From Pseudoalteromonas tetraodonis (GTDB taxonomy: Bacteria; Pseudomonadota; Gammaproteobacteria; Enterobacterales; Alteromonadaceae): a DNA stretch of 32,000 bases. The stretch is taken from NCBI RefSeq assembly GCF_002310835.1, contig NZ_CP011041.1, positions 1 through 32,000 of the forward strand. The letters run 5' to 3'. Numbering within the stretch: the first letter of the stretch is position 1; the number at the start of each line of letters is the position of its first letter. The notes below the pieces were generated by a model, which saw only the letters and a list, made by a program, of their open reading frames with translations, did not search any database and was not told where the DNA came from. Shown here one piece after another: positions 1-14,129 of this stretch. Position numbers and translations under genes: made by a program.

Positions 1-25
1 TCAACAATTTTATAAAAATCAATCT

Positions 26-54
26 TTTACTTGTGGATAAAGTGCATTCATAAT
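26..54 (+). promoter_or_regulatory. Putative sigma70 promoter of dnaA (-35 TTTACT 26-31, 17-bp spacer, -10 CATAAT 49-54)
   Basis: Hexamers read directly from the sequence with canonical 17-bp spacing, about 100 nt upstream of the dnaA start. No experimental support. Confidence 0.4.
32..40 (-). promoter_or_regulatory. DnaA box (TGTGGATAA = reverse complement of consensus TTATCCACA)
   Basis: Perfect 9/9 match to the R-type DnaA box consensus. It lies inside the spacer of the putative dnaA promoter, consistent with dnaA autoregulation. Confidence 0.65.
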
Positions 55-160
55 AGTCGGTCTTGGGCTGCTTATTGAGCCATTTAAACGCAATACAGGT
101 GTGATTTTTGAATCATTATTGATGTGCGGGAATAAAAATTATATCTCTGGGAGTTTTACT

Positions 161-1549
161 GTGTATCTGTCGGTTTGGCAAAGTTGTTTATATGTATTGC
201 AAGATGAATTGCCTTCGCAGCAATTTAGTATGTGGGTCAGACCACTTCAAGCAGAAAGTACCGAAGATACCTTGACGATTTATGCGCCTAATCGTTTTGT
301 ACTTGATTGGGTAAGAGAAAAATACCTAAATAGAATAAATGAGTTACTGGTTGAAATTTGTGGTGTAGAAGCCCCTGAATTACGCTTTGATGTAGGCAGC
401 AAGCCGCTATTAAATGCACAAGCTGCGCCGGTAGTTGAAACACAATCAGCACCAAGTACGCAAGCAACGGCAAAACAACAACCTCGAGAACAAAAACCAG
501 TTGTTGAGCCCGCTCCTAAATCGGGTTATAAATCAAACATTAAAGAAAACTATACCTTTGACAGTTTTGTTGAGGGTAAATCTAACCAATTAGCAAAAGC
601 GGCTGCCACTCAGGTAGCAGATAATCCTGGCTCTGCATTTAATCCTGTTTTTATTTACGGTGGTACGGGCTTAGGTAAAACGCATTTATTACATGCGGTA
701 GGCAACGGTATTATGGCCAATAAGCCAGATGCTAAAATTGTCTACATGCATTCAGAACGCTTTGTGCAAGACATGGTTAAAGCACTGCAAAATAATGCGA
801 TTGAAGAATTTAAGCGTTATTACCGCAGTGTTGATGCACTCATGATTGATGACATTCAATTTTTTGCTAATAAAGAACGTTCACAAGAAGAGTTCTTTCA
901 TACCTTTAATGCATTATTAGAAGGTAACCAGCAAATTATTTTAACCTCTGACCGTTATCCTAAAGAGATAGAAGGGGTTGAAGATCGCCTTAAATCTCGT
1001 TTTGGTTGGGGATTAACTATCGCGATTGAGCCGCCAGAGCTTGAAACACGCGTTGCCATTTTGATGAAAAAAGCTCAGCAAAGTAAAATTAATTTACCGC
1101 ATGAAGTGGCATTTTTTATCGCTAAAAAATTACGTTCAAACGTACGTGAACTTGAAGGGGCTTTAAACCGTGTAATTGCTAATGCAAACTTTACCGGCCG
1201 CCCAATTTCTATCGACTTTGTAAAAGAAGCACTGCGTGATTTACTCGCACTGCAAGATAAACTAGTCACCATAGACAATATTCAACGTACGGTAGCAGAA
1301 TACTATAGAATACGTGTGTCTGATTTACTGTCTAAGCGCCGCAGTCGCTCTATAGCAAGGCCGCGCCAAGTTGCCATGGCATTATCTAAAGAACTCACTA
1401 ATCACAGCTTACCTGAGATTGGGGATGCCTTTGGTGGGCGTGACCATACAACAGTACTGCACGCGTGTCGCAAAGTTAAATCATTACGTGACGAAAGCCA
1501 CGAGATTAAAGAAGATTACCAAAATTTAATAAGAACATTGTCATCTTAG
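161..1549 (+). CDS. dnaA: Chromosomal replication initiator protein DnaA
   Basis: ORF 101..1549. The N-terminus [29 protein letters not shown] matches the canonical DnaA N-terminus. Walker [11 protein letters not shown] is present, as is the C-terminal DNA-binding region (...[11 protein letters not shown]). Start placed at GTG 161 because GGGAG (149-153) lies 7 nt upstream. ATG 122 and GTG 101 remain alternatives. Confidence 0.95.
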   Translation: MYLSVWQSCLYVLQDELPSQQFSMWVRPLQAESTEDTLTIYAPNRFVLDWVREKYLNRINELLVEICGVEAPELRFDVGSKPLLNAQAAPVVETQSAPSTQATAKQQPREQKPVVEPAPKSGYKSNIKENYTFDSFVEGKSNQLAKAAATQVADNPGSAFNPVFIYGGTGLGKTHLLHAVGNGIMANKPDAKIVYMHSERFVQDMVKALQNNAIEEFKRYYRSVDALMIDDIQFFANKERSQEEFFHTFNALLEGNQQIILTSDRYPKEIEGVEDRLKSRFGWGLTIAIEPPELETRVAILMKKAQQSKINLPHEVAFFIAKKLRSNVRELEGALNRVIANANFTGRPISIDFVKEALRDLLALQDKLVTIDNIQRTVAEYYRIRVSDLLSKRRSRSIARPRQVAMALSKELTNHSLPEIGDAFGGRDHTTVLHACRKVKSLRDESHEIKEDYQNLIRTLSS

Positions 1550-1562
1550 GGCTGACTTTATT

Positions 1563-2666
1563 ATGCAAATAACAATATCAAGAGAACAATTTTTAAAACC
1601 ATTGGTGCAAGTATCGGGTGCCATAGAGCGTAAGCATACGTTACCCATTTTATCTAACGTATTACTCGTGGTAGAAAATGGCCAGCTTTCAATGACAGGG
1701 ACCGACCTTGAAATTGAATTAGTGGCGAGCGTGTTTGTAGGTGATGATGTTGCCGATACCAAGCTCACATTACCGGCTAAAAAATTACTCGATATTTGTA
1801 AAAGTTTACCGGATGGTTCTGATCTTACTTTAAGCTTGCAAGACCATCAGCTACTTTTAACCAGTGGTAAAAGTCGTTTTTCATTGACCACATTAGCGGC
1901 TGAAGATTTTCCTAATTTAGAGCAGTGGGATGGTGAAGTTGAATTTCAACTAACGCGTTTAGAGTTACGTAAATTACTTGAAAGCACGCACTTTTCAATG
2001 GCAAACCAAGATGTACGTTATTACTTAAACGGCATGTCGTTTGAAGTTGATAACAGCGATATAAAAACAGTCGCCACTGATGGGCACCGTTTAGCGATTG
2101 CACAAAAGCAACTAGGTCAGTCATTAAATACACAGCGCCAATTAATTATACCGCGCAAAGGCGTGCAAGAAATTATGCGCCTAATGGTTGCCGACCAAGA
2201 GTTAGTGACTATTCAGTTTGGTGCTAACCACATTCGTATTATTGATATTGAATTTACGTTTACGAGTAAATTAGTTGATGGCCGTTTCCCTGATTACCGT
2301 CGTGTTTTACCACGCGGTGGCGATAAAGTTATTACAGCAAACAGAGAATGGTTACGTAATGCATTTCAACGCGTATCGATTTTATCGAACGAAAAATTTC
2401 GTGGTGTACGTTTAAATTTATCAAACGGTTTATTAAAAATTACGGCTAACAACCCAGAGCAAGAACAAGCGGAAGAAGTAGTTGAAGTAATGTACGAGGG
2501 CGATGACCTAGAAATAGGGTTTAATGTGTCTTACGTGCTTGATGTATTAAATACATTAAAAACTGAAGATGTGTTATTTACACTTGCCGATTCAAATAGC
2601 AGTGCACTAATAGAAGGTGCAGGCGATGAAGAAGCGATGTACGTCGTTATGCCTATGCGTTTATAA
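1563..2666 (+). CDS. dnaN: DNA polymerase III beta sliding clamp
   Basis: 367-aa ORF directly after dnaA. N-terminus MQITISREQFLKPLVQVSG and C-terminus ...YVVMPMRL are typical of DnaN. Conserved dnaA-dnaN-recF-gyrB order. Confidence 0.97.
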   Translation: MQITISREQFLKPLVQVSGAIERKHTLPILSNVLLVVENGQLSMTGTDLEIELVASVFVGDDVADTKLTLPAKKLLDICKSLPDGSDLTLSLQDHQLLLTSGKSRFSLTTLAAEDFPNLEQWDGEVEFQLTRLELRKLLESTHFSMANQDVRYYLNGMSFEVDNSDIKTVATDGHRLAIAQKQLGQSLNTQRQLIIPRKGVQEIMRLMVADQELVTIQFGANHIRIIDIEFTFTSKLVDGRFPDYRRVLPRGGDKVITANREWLRNAFQRVSILSNEKFRGVRLNLSNGLLKITANNPEQEQAEEVVEVMYEGDDLEIGFNVSYVLDVLNTLKTEDVLFTLADSNSSALIEGAGDEEAMYVVMPMRL

Positions 2667-2681
2667 GATTATAAATACATA

Positions 2682-3776
2682 ATGAGCTTAAGTCATTTGA
2701 GCCTCAAATATTTTCGTAATATTGAGGCGCTGACGCTAGAACCAGTTAATGGCGTTAATATAATTTATGGTGAAAACGGCAGCGGAAAAACCAGCCTTTT
2801 AGAGGCTATATATTACCTTTCTCACGGCAAATCTTTTCGAACTTCTAAACATAAAAGTATTATTGCACACCAGCAAGATCAGTTTGTTATTCATGGCCGC
2901 AAAGCGTTATACGATTTATCTATCCCTATTGGTATTAGTAAAACCCAAGCGGGTGAAACCAATTTAAAAATCCAGGGTAAGGCGAGTCGAAAAGTATCTG
3001 AACTTGCCCAGTTAATGCCGGTACAAATAATAACACCAGAAAGCTACTCACTATTTTTTGGCGGTCCTAAGGAGCGCAGAAAATTTTTAGACTTAGGTTT
3101 GTTCCACGTGGAACATGAGTTTTTTTTCTTATGGCAATCGTTTAATAAAGTGCTTAAACAACGCAATGCCTTATTAAAATCTAAGCCTAAGAATTATTTT
3201 GACCAAATCAAGTTTTGGGACAAAGAATTTGTTAGACTGGCTGAACAAATAAATAAATTAAGAATCGCGTATATAACTAGGTTTAAGCAGCAATTTTTTG
3301 ATAAAATGTGTGCAGAATTAACGCTAATACGCGATTTAGAAATTAGCTTCAATGCGGGCTGGAAAGAGAGTGAATCTCTTTGTGATGCGTTAGAGCAAAG
3401 TTTTGAGCGAGATGCTCGCCAAGGCTTTACAAGTAAAGGCCCTCATAAGGCTGATTTTAGTTTTAGTGTCGCTGGCAGCAGTGTTGAGAATGTATTCTCA
3501 CGCGGGCAATTAAAGTTATTGTTGTATGCGTTAAAAGTAACGCAAAATAGCTTAATTGAGTCAGAGACAGATAAGCAATCAATATTGCTAATAGATGATC
3601 TACCTTCAGAACTAAGCGAAGATACAAAAGAGAAAGTGGGCCAGTTATTGACTCACTGTAGTTCTCAAATATTTATTTCTTCAATTTTATCTGAAAGTAT
3701 TTCTGCTGTGGTGGAACCCATGCAACGAGAACTAAAAATGTTCCACGTGAAACATGGCAACCTAATAACAAGATAA
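2682..3776 (+). CDS. recF: DNA replication and repair protein RecF
   Basis: 364 aa, Walker A GENGSGKTSLLEA, signature-like FSRGQLKLL and Walker B LLIDDL. Syntenic position. Confidence 0.95.
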   Translation: MSLSHLSLKYFRNIEALTLEPVNGVNIIYGENGSGKTSLLEAIYYLSHGKSFRTSKHKSIIAHQQDQFVIHGRKALYDLSIPIGISKTQAGETNLKIQGKASRKVSELAQLMPVQIITPESYSLFFGGPKERRKFLDLGLFHVEHEFFFLWQSFNKVLKQRNALLKSKPKNYFDQIKFWDKEFVRLAEQINKLRIAYITRFKQQFFDKMCAELTLIRDLEISFNAGWKESESLCDALEQSFERDARQGFTSKGPHKADFSFSVAGSSVENVFSRGQLKLLLYALKVTQNSLIESETDKQSILLIDDLPSELSEDTKEKVGQLLTHCSSQIFISSILSESISAVVEPMQRELKMFHVKHGNLITR

Positions 3777-6215
<2,439 letters not shown>

Positions 6216-6234
6216 AAAATTATACTTACATCTT

Positions 6235-6262
6235 AAAAGGAGCCTAATGGCTCCTTTTTTAT
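6235..6262 (+). terminator. Rho-independent terminator after gyrB
   Basis: Stem AAAAGGAGCC (6235-6244), loop TAAT, stem GGCTCCTTTT (6249-6258), followed by a T-run. Confidence 0.8.
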
Positions 6263-6355
6263 TTTAACAACCGCACAAACTGCTTAAAACCTGCGTGTGC
6301 ACAAGGTATACTGAGGGTAATTTTCACGCTACTTTCAGATAGTAAAAAGCCAAAT

Positions 6356-7258
6356 ATGCAAAAATATGACGTTAAAACCTTTCAAGGTTTGATCCTGGCT
6401 TTACAGGATTATTGGGCGCAGCAAGGCTGTGTCATTATTCAACCACTTGATATGGAAGTGGGCGCAGGGACATTTCACCCGCAAACATTCTTAAAATCTA
6501 TTGGCCCTGAGCCAATGTCGAGCGCATACGTACAACCGTGTCGCCGTCCTACCGATGGCCGCTATGGTGAAAACCCAAACCGCTTACAACATTACTACCA
6601 ATTTCAGGTAGTTTTAAAGCCATCACCAGATAATATTCAAGAGCTTTACTTAGGCTCACTAGAAGCGATGGGCATTGATACCCTAACTCACGAAGTACGC
6701 TTTGTAGAAGATAACTGGGAATCGCCAACACTAGGCGCATGGGGCTTAGGTTGGGAGATTTGGCTAAACGGTATGGAAGTAACGCAGTTTACTTACTTTC
6801 AACAAGTAGGGGGCTTAGAGTGCTCTCCTGTAACCGGTGAAATTACTTACGGCCTAGAGCGTTTAGCAATGTACATTCAAGGCGTAGACAGTATTTACGA
6901 CCTAGTATGGGCAGACGGTCCATTAGGGCGTGTAACTTACGGCGATGTATTCCATCAAAATGAAGTAGAACAATCTACTTACAACTTTGAACACGCAAAC
7001 GTAGATGACTTATTTGCACAGTTTGATAAGTGTGAAGCTGAGAGCCAAAAGCTAATTGAAGCAAATTTACCACTACCTGCTTACGAGCAAGTAATGAAAG
7101 CATCGCACGCGTTTAACTTACTCGATGCGCGCCATGCAATCTCAGTAACCGAACGTCAGCGTTATATTTTGCGCGTTCGAGCGTTATCAAAAGCGTGTGC
7201 ACAAAGTTATTACGATGCACGTGAAGCGCTTGGTTTCCCGCTGTGTAAGGATAAGTAA
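6356..7258 (+). CDS. glyQ: Glycine--tRNA ligase alpha subunit
   Basis: 300 aa. [17 protein letters not shown]...[28 protein letters not shown] is highly characteristic of GlyQ. Followed 2 nt later by glyS. Confidence 0.97.
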   Translation: MQKYDVKTFQGLILALQDYWAQQGCVIIQPLDMEVGAGTFHPQTFLKSIGPEPMSSAYVQPCRRPTDGRYGENPNRLQHYYQFQVVLKPSPDNIQELYLGSLEAMGIDTLTHEVRFVEDNWESPTLGAWGLGWEIWLNGMEVTQFTYFQQVGGLECSPVTGEITYGLERLAMYIQGVDSIYDLVWADGPLGRVTYGDVFHQNEVEQSTYNFEHANVDDLFAQFDKCEAESQKLIEANLPLPAYEQVMKASHAFNLLDARHAISVTERQRYILRVRALSKACAQSYYDAREALGFPLCKDK

Positions 7259-7260
7259 GC

Positions 7261-9330
7261 ATGTCAGCACAAAATTTATTAGTAGAAATTGGCACCGAAG
7301 AGCTGCCACCAAAAGCACTGCGAAAATTAGCAGAAGCCTTTGCCGCAAACTTAACTGCAGAGCTTGAAACATTAGAACTTGGGCATGAAGGCGTAAGCTG
7401 GTATGCATCGCCTCGTCGTTTAGGCTTGCAAGTAAAAGCATTAGAAGCAAAGCAGCAAGATAAAGAAGTAGAAAAGCGTGGCCCTGCAACTAAAGCGGCG
7501 TTCGATAGCGAAGGTAACCCAACTAAAGCAGCAATGGGTTGGGCACGTGGTTGTGGTATTGACGTAAGTGAAGCACAAACTCTTGAAACCGACAAAGGTG
7601 CTTGGCTTTTACATATTGCTAAAGTAGCAGGGCAAGACACTAAAACGCTGATGAGCGATGCCATTGCAAAGTCGTTAGCAAAGCTGCCAATACCTAAGCC
7701 AATGCGTTGGGGCGCGAATAAAACACAATTTATTCGCCCAGTTCATACCGTAACTATTTTATTTGGTGATGAACTTATTGAAGGTGAAATTTTAGGTAAG
7801 CAAGTAACTAATCAGTTACAAGGCCACCGTTTTCATCATCCAGAAAAAATTACCATTAACCATGCTGACGACGTTTTTGACGTATTAAAATCAGCCTACG
7901 TTATTGCTGATTACGAACAGCGTAAAGCGCAAATCCGTTCACAAATAGAAGACGCTGCAAGCGCAGTGAATGCGGTTGTTGCAATGGATGAAGACTTATT
8001 AGAAGAAGTTACTTCACTGGTAGAGTGGCCAGTAACGTTAACGGCAACATTTGAAGAAGCATTTTTAGATGTACCTGCCGAAGCGCTAATTTACACCATG
8101 AAGGACGATCAAAAATACTTCCCGCTATTAGATCAAAACGGCAAACTTTTAAATAAGTTTTTGTTTGTATCTAACATCGAAAGTAAAGATCCAAGTGTGG
8201 TTATATCTGGTAACGAAAAAGTAGTACGCCCACGTTTAGCCGATGCGCAGTTCTTCTTTGAAACAGATAAAAAGAAAACTCTAGAAAGTCGCTTAGAGTC
8301 ACTTGATACTGTTTTATTCCAAAAGCAATTAGGTACGCTTAAAGATAAATCTGTACGTATTAGCGAACTTGCCGGCTACATTGCAGAGCAACTAGGCGCC
8401 GACAAAGACCTTGCAAAACGTGCTGGCCTATTAAGTAAAACAGACTTAATGACCGAAATGGTAATGGAATTTACAGACGTACAAGGTGTAATGGGAATGC
8501 ATTACGCACGTCATGACGGTGAAGCTGAAGATGTCGCTGTTGCGCAAAACGAGCAGTACATGCCACGCTTTGCTGGCGATAACTTACCAACGAGTTTGAT
8601 CAGCTGTGCAGTGGCTATTGCTGATAAGTTTGACACGCTGGTGGGTATTTTTGGTATAGGCCAAGCACCAAAAGGTGATAAAGACCCATTTGCACTTCGT
8701 CGTGCGGCCATTGGTGCATTACGTATCATGGTAGAAAAGCAGCTACCGCTTGATATTTTAGACCTGGTTGCTAAATCACAAACCTTGTTTGGTGAAAAGC
8801 TGACTAACCTAAATGTATCGACCGATGTATTCGAATTTATGCTAGGGCGTTTCCGTGCTTGGTATCAAGATGAAGGCATTGAGGTAGATGTAATTCAAGC
8901 GGTACTTGCGCGCCGTCCAACGAAGCCTGTTGATTTTGATCGCCGAGTTAAAGCCGTAAGCCATTTCCGCACTCTAGACGCCGCAGAATCGCTTGCAGCC
9001 GCTAATAAGCGTGTAAGTAATATTCTGGCTAAAAACAACATTACAACGCAAGGTGATGTTGATCAGAGCTTACTAAGTGACGACGCAGAAAAAGTATTGG
9101 CTGCGCAAGTTGCAAAATTTGCCACTGATTTAGCACCACTGTACAGCGATGGAAACTACCAAGAGGCATTAAGCCAATTAGCAGGCATTCGTGACAGTGT
9201 TGATAACTTTTTTGACAATGTCATGGTAATGGCCGACGATGAAGCGGTTAAGCAAAACCGCCTTGCGCTTTTAAGTCAGTTAAGTGGGTTATTTTTAGAA
9301 ATTGCAGATATTTCTGTATTACAAAAATAA
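7261..9330 (+). CDS. glyS: Glycine--tRNA ligase beta subunit
   Basis: 689 aa, N-terminus [15 protein letters not shown] typical of GlyS. Tightly coupled to glyQ. Confidence 0.97.
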   Translation: MSAQNLLVEIGTEELPPKALRKLAEAFAANLTAELETLELGHEGVSWYASPRRLGLQVKALEAKQQDKEVEKRGPATKAAFDSEGNPTKAAMGWARGCGIDVSEAQTLETDKGAWLLHIAKVAGQDTKTLMSDAIAKSLAKLPIPKPMRWGANKTQFIRPVHTVTILFGDELIEGEILGKQVTNQLQGHRFHHPEKITINHADDVFDVLKSAYVIADYEQRKAQIRSQIEDAASAVNAVVAMDEDLLEEVTSLVEWPVTLTATFEEAFLDVPAEALIYTMKDDQKYFPLLDQNGKLLNKFLFVSNIESKDPSVVISGNEKVVRPRLADAQFFFETDKKKTLESRLESLDTVLFQKQLGTLKDKSVRISELAGYIAEQLGADKDLAKRAGLLSKTDLMTEMVMEFTDVQGVMGMHYARHDGEAEDVAVAQNEQYMPRFAGDNLPTSLISCAVAIADKFDTLVGIFGIGQAPKGDKDPFALRRAAIGALRIMVEKQLPLDILDLVAKSQTLFGEKLTNLNVSTDVFEFMLGRFRAWYQDEGIEVDVIQAVLARRPTKPVDFDRRVKAVSHFRTLDAAESLAAANKRVSNILAKNNITTQGDVDQSLLSDDAEKVLAAQVAKFATDLAPLYSDGNYQEALSQLAGIRDSVDNFFDNVMVMADDEAVKQNRLALLSQLSGLFLEIADISVLQK

Positions 9331-9345
9331 CAGCTAACAGCTATT

Positions 9346-9373
9346 AAAAAAGCCAGCATAATGCTGGCTTTTT
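9346..9373 (+). terminator. Rho-independent terminator after glyS
   Basis: AGCCAGCAT (9351-9359), 1-nt loop region, ATGCTGGCT (9361-9369), then TTTT. Flanked 5' by an A-run. Confidence 0.8.
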
Positions 9374-9409
9374 AGTGTTTTATTTATATTAGTTAATAGA
9401 GGATTCACC

Positions 9410-9862
9410 ATGATGCTCCCAATGAAACGCATTTTCACGTTAGCCTTAGTGGGCTTATTGAGTGCTTGTACCAGCCAAATTTCAATTAACGACGTGTTGC
9501 CGCAGCAAGAATTGGATCGCAGTATTTATTTAAGAGGGGATTTCACATTATGGGATGCAGAACCTCAATATCAATTTCAAAAAGTCGGCCCTGCGCTTTA
9601 TCAAGCTCAAGTTAGGTTTTCGACCCCAGGTAAAGTGTACGAATTTAAAATAGCTGATGCGGATTTTAGTGAAGGTTTTAACTGTGGCTACAGCGATTCA
9701 CAGCCATCAGGGCAAAGCCTAACACTTGGCCAATCAACACGCGCCGATTGCAGCACTATTTACAACTACTTTAGTTACACACCAGCGATTAAAGGGTCGT
9801 ATATAGTCAGCATTGATTTTAGTGACTACGATGAGCCGCAAGTGACGATAACGAAGAAGTAA
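9410..9862 (+). CDS. Small lipoprotein, function unknown (possible beta-sandwich or CBM-like fold)
   Basis: 150-aa ORF with signal peptide plus lipobox (LLSAC, Cys20). Mature part ...RGDFTLWDAEP...GKVYEFKIADADF... No family assignment possible by eye. ATG 9413 or 9422 are alternative starts. Confidence 0.7.
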   Translation: MMLPMKRIFTLALVGLLSACTSQISINDVLPQQELDRSIYLRGDFTLWDAEPQYQFQKVGPALYQAQVRFSTPGKVYEFKIADADFSEGFNCGYSDSQPSGQSLTLGQSTRADCSTIYNYFSYTPAIKGSYIVSIDFSDYDEPQVTITKK

Positions 9863-9912
9863 AAGCTGTAAGTTAAAAGCTGTCAGTCGTTAGTTTAAAG
9901 ATAAAATAAAAA

Positions 9913-9949
9913 ACCGTGCTTGATTTAACAAACACGGTATTTTTATTTT
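9913..9949. terminator. Bidirectional hairpin terminator between the lipoprotein gene and tusA
   Basis: ACCGTGcTTG (9913-9922), loop ATTTAA, CAAaCACGGT (9929-9938). T-rich tract downstream (ATTTTTATTTT) and A-rich tract upstream. Confidence 0.6.
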
Positions 9950-9950
9950 G

Positions 9951-10002
9951 AGCTGATAGCTGATAGCTGATAGCTGATAGCTGATAGCTGATAGCTGATA
10001 GC
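9951..10002. repeat. Perfect heptanucleotide microsatellite (AGCTGAT)x7 plus partial AGC
   Basis: Counted directly: seven uninterrupted AGCTGAT units 9951-9999 plus AGC. It ends 1 nt from the tusA stop codon (TAA, complement of 10004-10006). Confidence 0.97.
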
Positions 10003-10003
10003 T

Positions 10004-10243
10004 TTACAACCCTTTCTTCACCACATATCTATATGGTGACTCTTCAACTTCTTTAGCCACTAGCGTGTGATCCATGAACGTACAAAAGCTGGGTATATCA
10101 CGGGTAGTTGAGGGGTCGTCGGCAATAATAAGCAGTGTTTCACCCTCGCTCATTTTGCGAATTGCAGCGCGCACCATCATCACAGGTTCTGGGCAGCGAA
10201 GGCCGATAGCATCTAATTGGTGATCGGGGTTATCAAAGCTCAT
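10004..10243 (-). CDS. tusA: Sulfur carrier protein TusA (tRNA 2-thiouridine synthesis)
   Basis: 79 aa, [16 protein letters not shown] contains the conserved CPxP active-site cysteine motif. Size typical of TusA/SirA. Confidence 0.9.
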   Translation of the reverse strand: MSFDNPDHQLDAIGLRCPEPVMMVRAAIRKMSEGETLLIIADDPSTTRDIPSFCTFMDHTLVAKEVEESPYRYVVKKGL

Positions 10244-10422
10244 AAAAATTACCTGTAAAAATAGTCGTGGCTTGGTTAGGTCGGGTAGTTTAGCGCAAAT
10301 AAAGCTGTTGGTTAACTATTTTACGTATAACAAAACAGCTCAACTTATTAATAGATAATCTGAGATAAATTTAATGCACCCGATCACATTATTCATTTTA
10401 AACCTGCAAAAGCCGGTGGCAT

Positions 10423-10458
10423 AAAAAAGGCGAACTAACTTGCGCTAGTTCGCCTTTT
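10423..10458 (-). terminator. Rho-independent terminator of fadBA
   Basis: GGCGAACTA (10429-10437) pairs with TAGTTCGCC (10446-10454). On the - strand the hairpin is followed by six Ts (A-run 10423-10428 on +). It lies about 35 nt past the fadA stop. Confidence 0.8.
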
Positions 10459-10492
10459 AATCACCAAGATGGTTTTACATGTTAAAAACTAA

Positions 10493-13826
<3,334 letters not shown>

Positions 13827-13853
13827 TATTATTCTCCCTAGTTGATGAACTAA

Positions 13854-13870
13854 GACTGGTACGATGAGTT
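13854..13870. promoter_or_regulatory. Candidate FadR-type operator upstream of fadB (GACTGGTACGATGAGTT)
   Basis: Core CTGGTACGA is identical to the core of the E. coli fadB operator as I recall it (ATCTGGTACGACCAGAT). About 12/16 match to the recalled consensus ANCTGGTCNGACNTGTT. Located 28-44 nt upstream of the fadB ATG. A second half-site, TCAGACCAGT, lies at 13876-13885. Confidence 0.35.
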
Positions 13871-14129
13871 CATATTCAGACCAGTGTGCTTGCTTTAAAT
13901 TAAAAATGCAACGAAAAATTTATCTTGGTTACAAACGTCTGGTTAAAATATAGCTGGTTTGGTGCTAAGGTGGGTTTGAAAGTTTTCTTTATTCATTTTA
14001 TTGCGCTGTCTTAGTGTTCATGGCTTGGGTTTTATTAGAATAAATAGTACAGCTGTGTATGTGCTGTTGTTTACTTACTCTTCGCCACACTTCGTCAGCC
14101 TTGAAGGTTACTATGCCCTAAAGGACATT

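Noticed and set aside
101-160. Upstream extension of the dnaA ORF (GTG 101 or ATG 122 start, [20 protein letters not shown]...)
   Set aside because: The extension has no similarity to DnaA N-termini. The conserved N-terminus begins right at GTG 161, which has a GGGAG RBS 7 nt upstream. It is kept only as an alternative start.
1-160. Possibility that oriC lies in this window next to dnaA
   Set aside because: Only one DnaA box is seen, with no cluster of boxes, no 13-mer AT-rich DUE repeats and no GATC clustering. In gammaproteobacteria oriC is normally near gidA/mioC, not dnaA.
9951-10002. Could the short tandem repeat be a CRISPR array or an IS terminal repeat
   Set aside because: The units are 7 nt, contiguous and without spacers. 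There are no cas, transposase or inverted terminal repeats nearby. It is a simple microsatellite.
14001-14129. 43-codon extension of the slt ORF from an alternative start at 14001
   Set aside because: MKKYLLSVAAATLFFSFPSANA at 14130 is a textbook signal peptide with an RBS. The extension would bury it internally.
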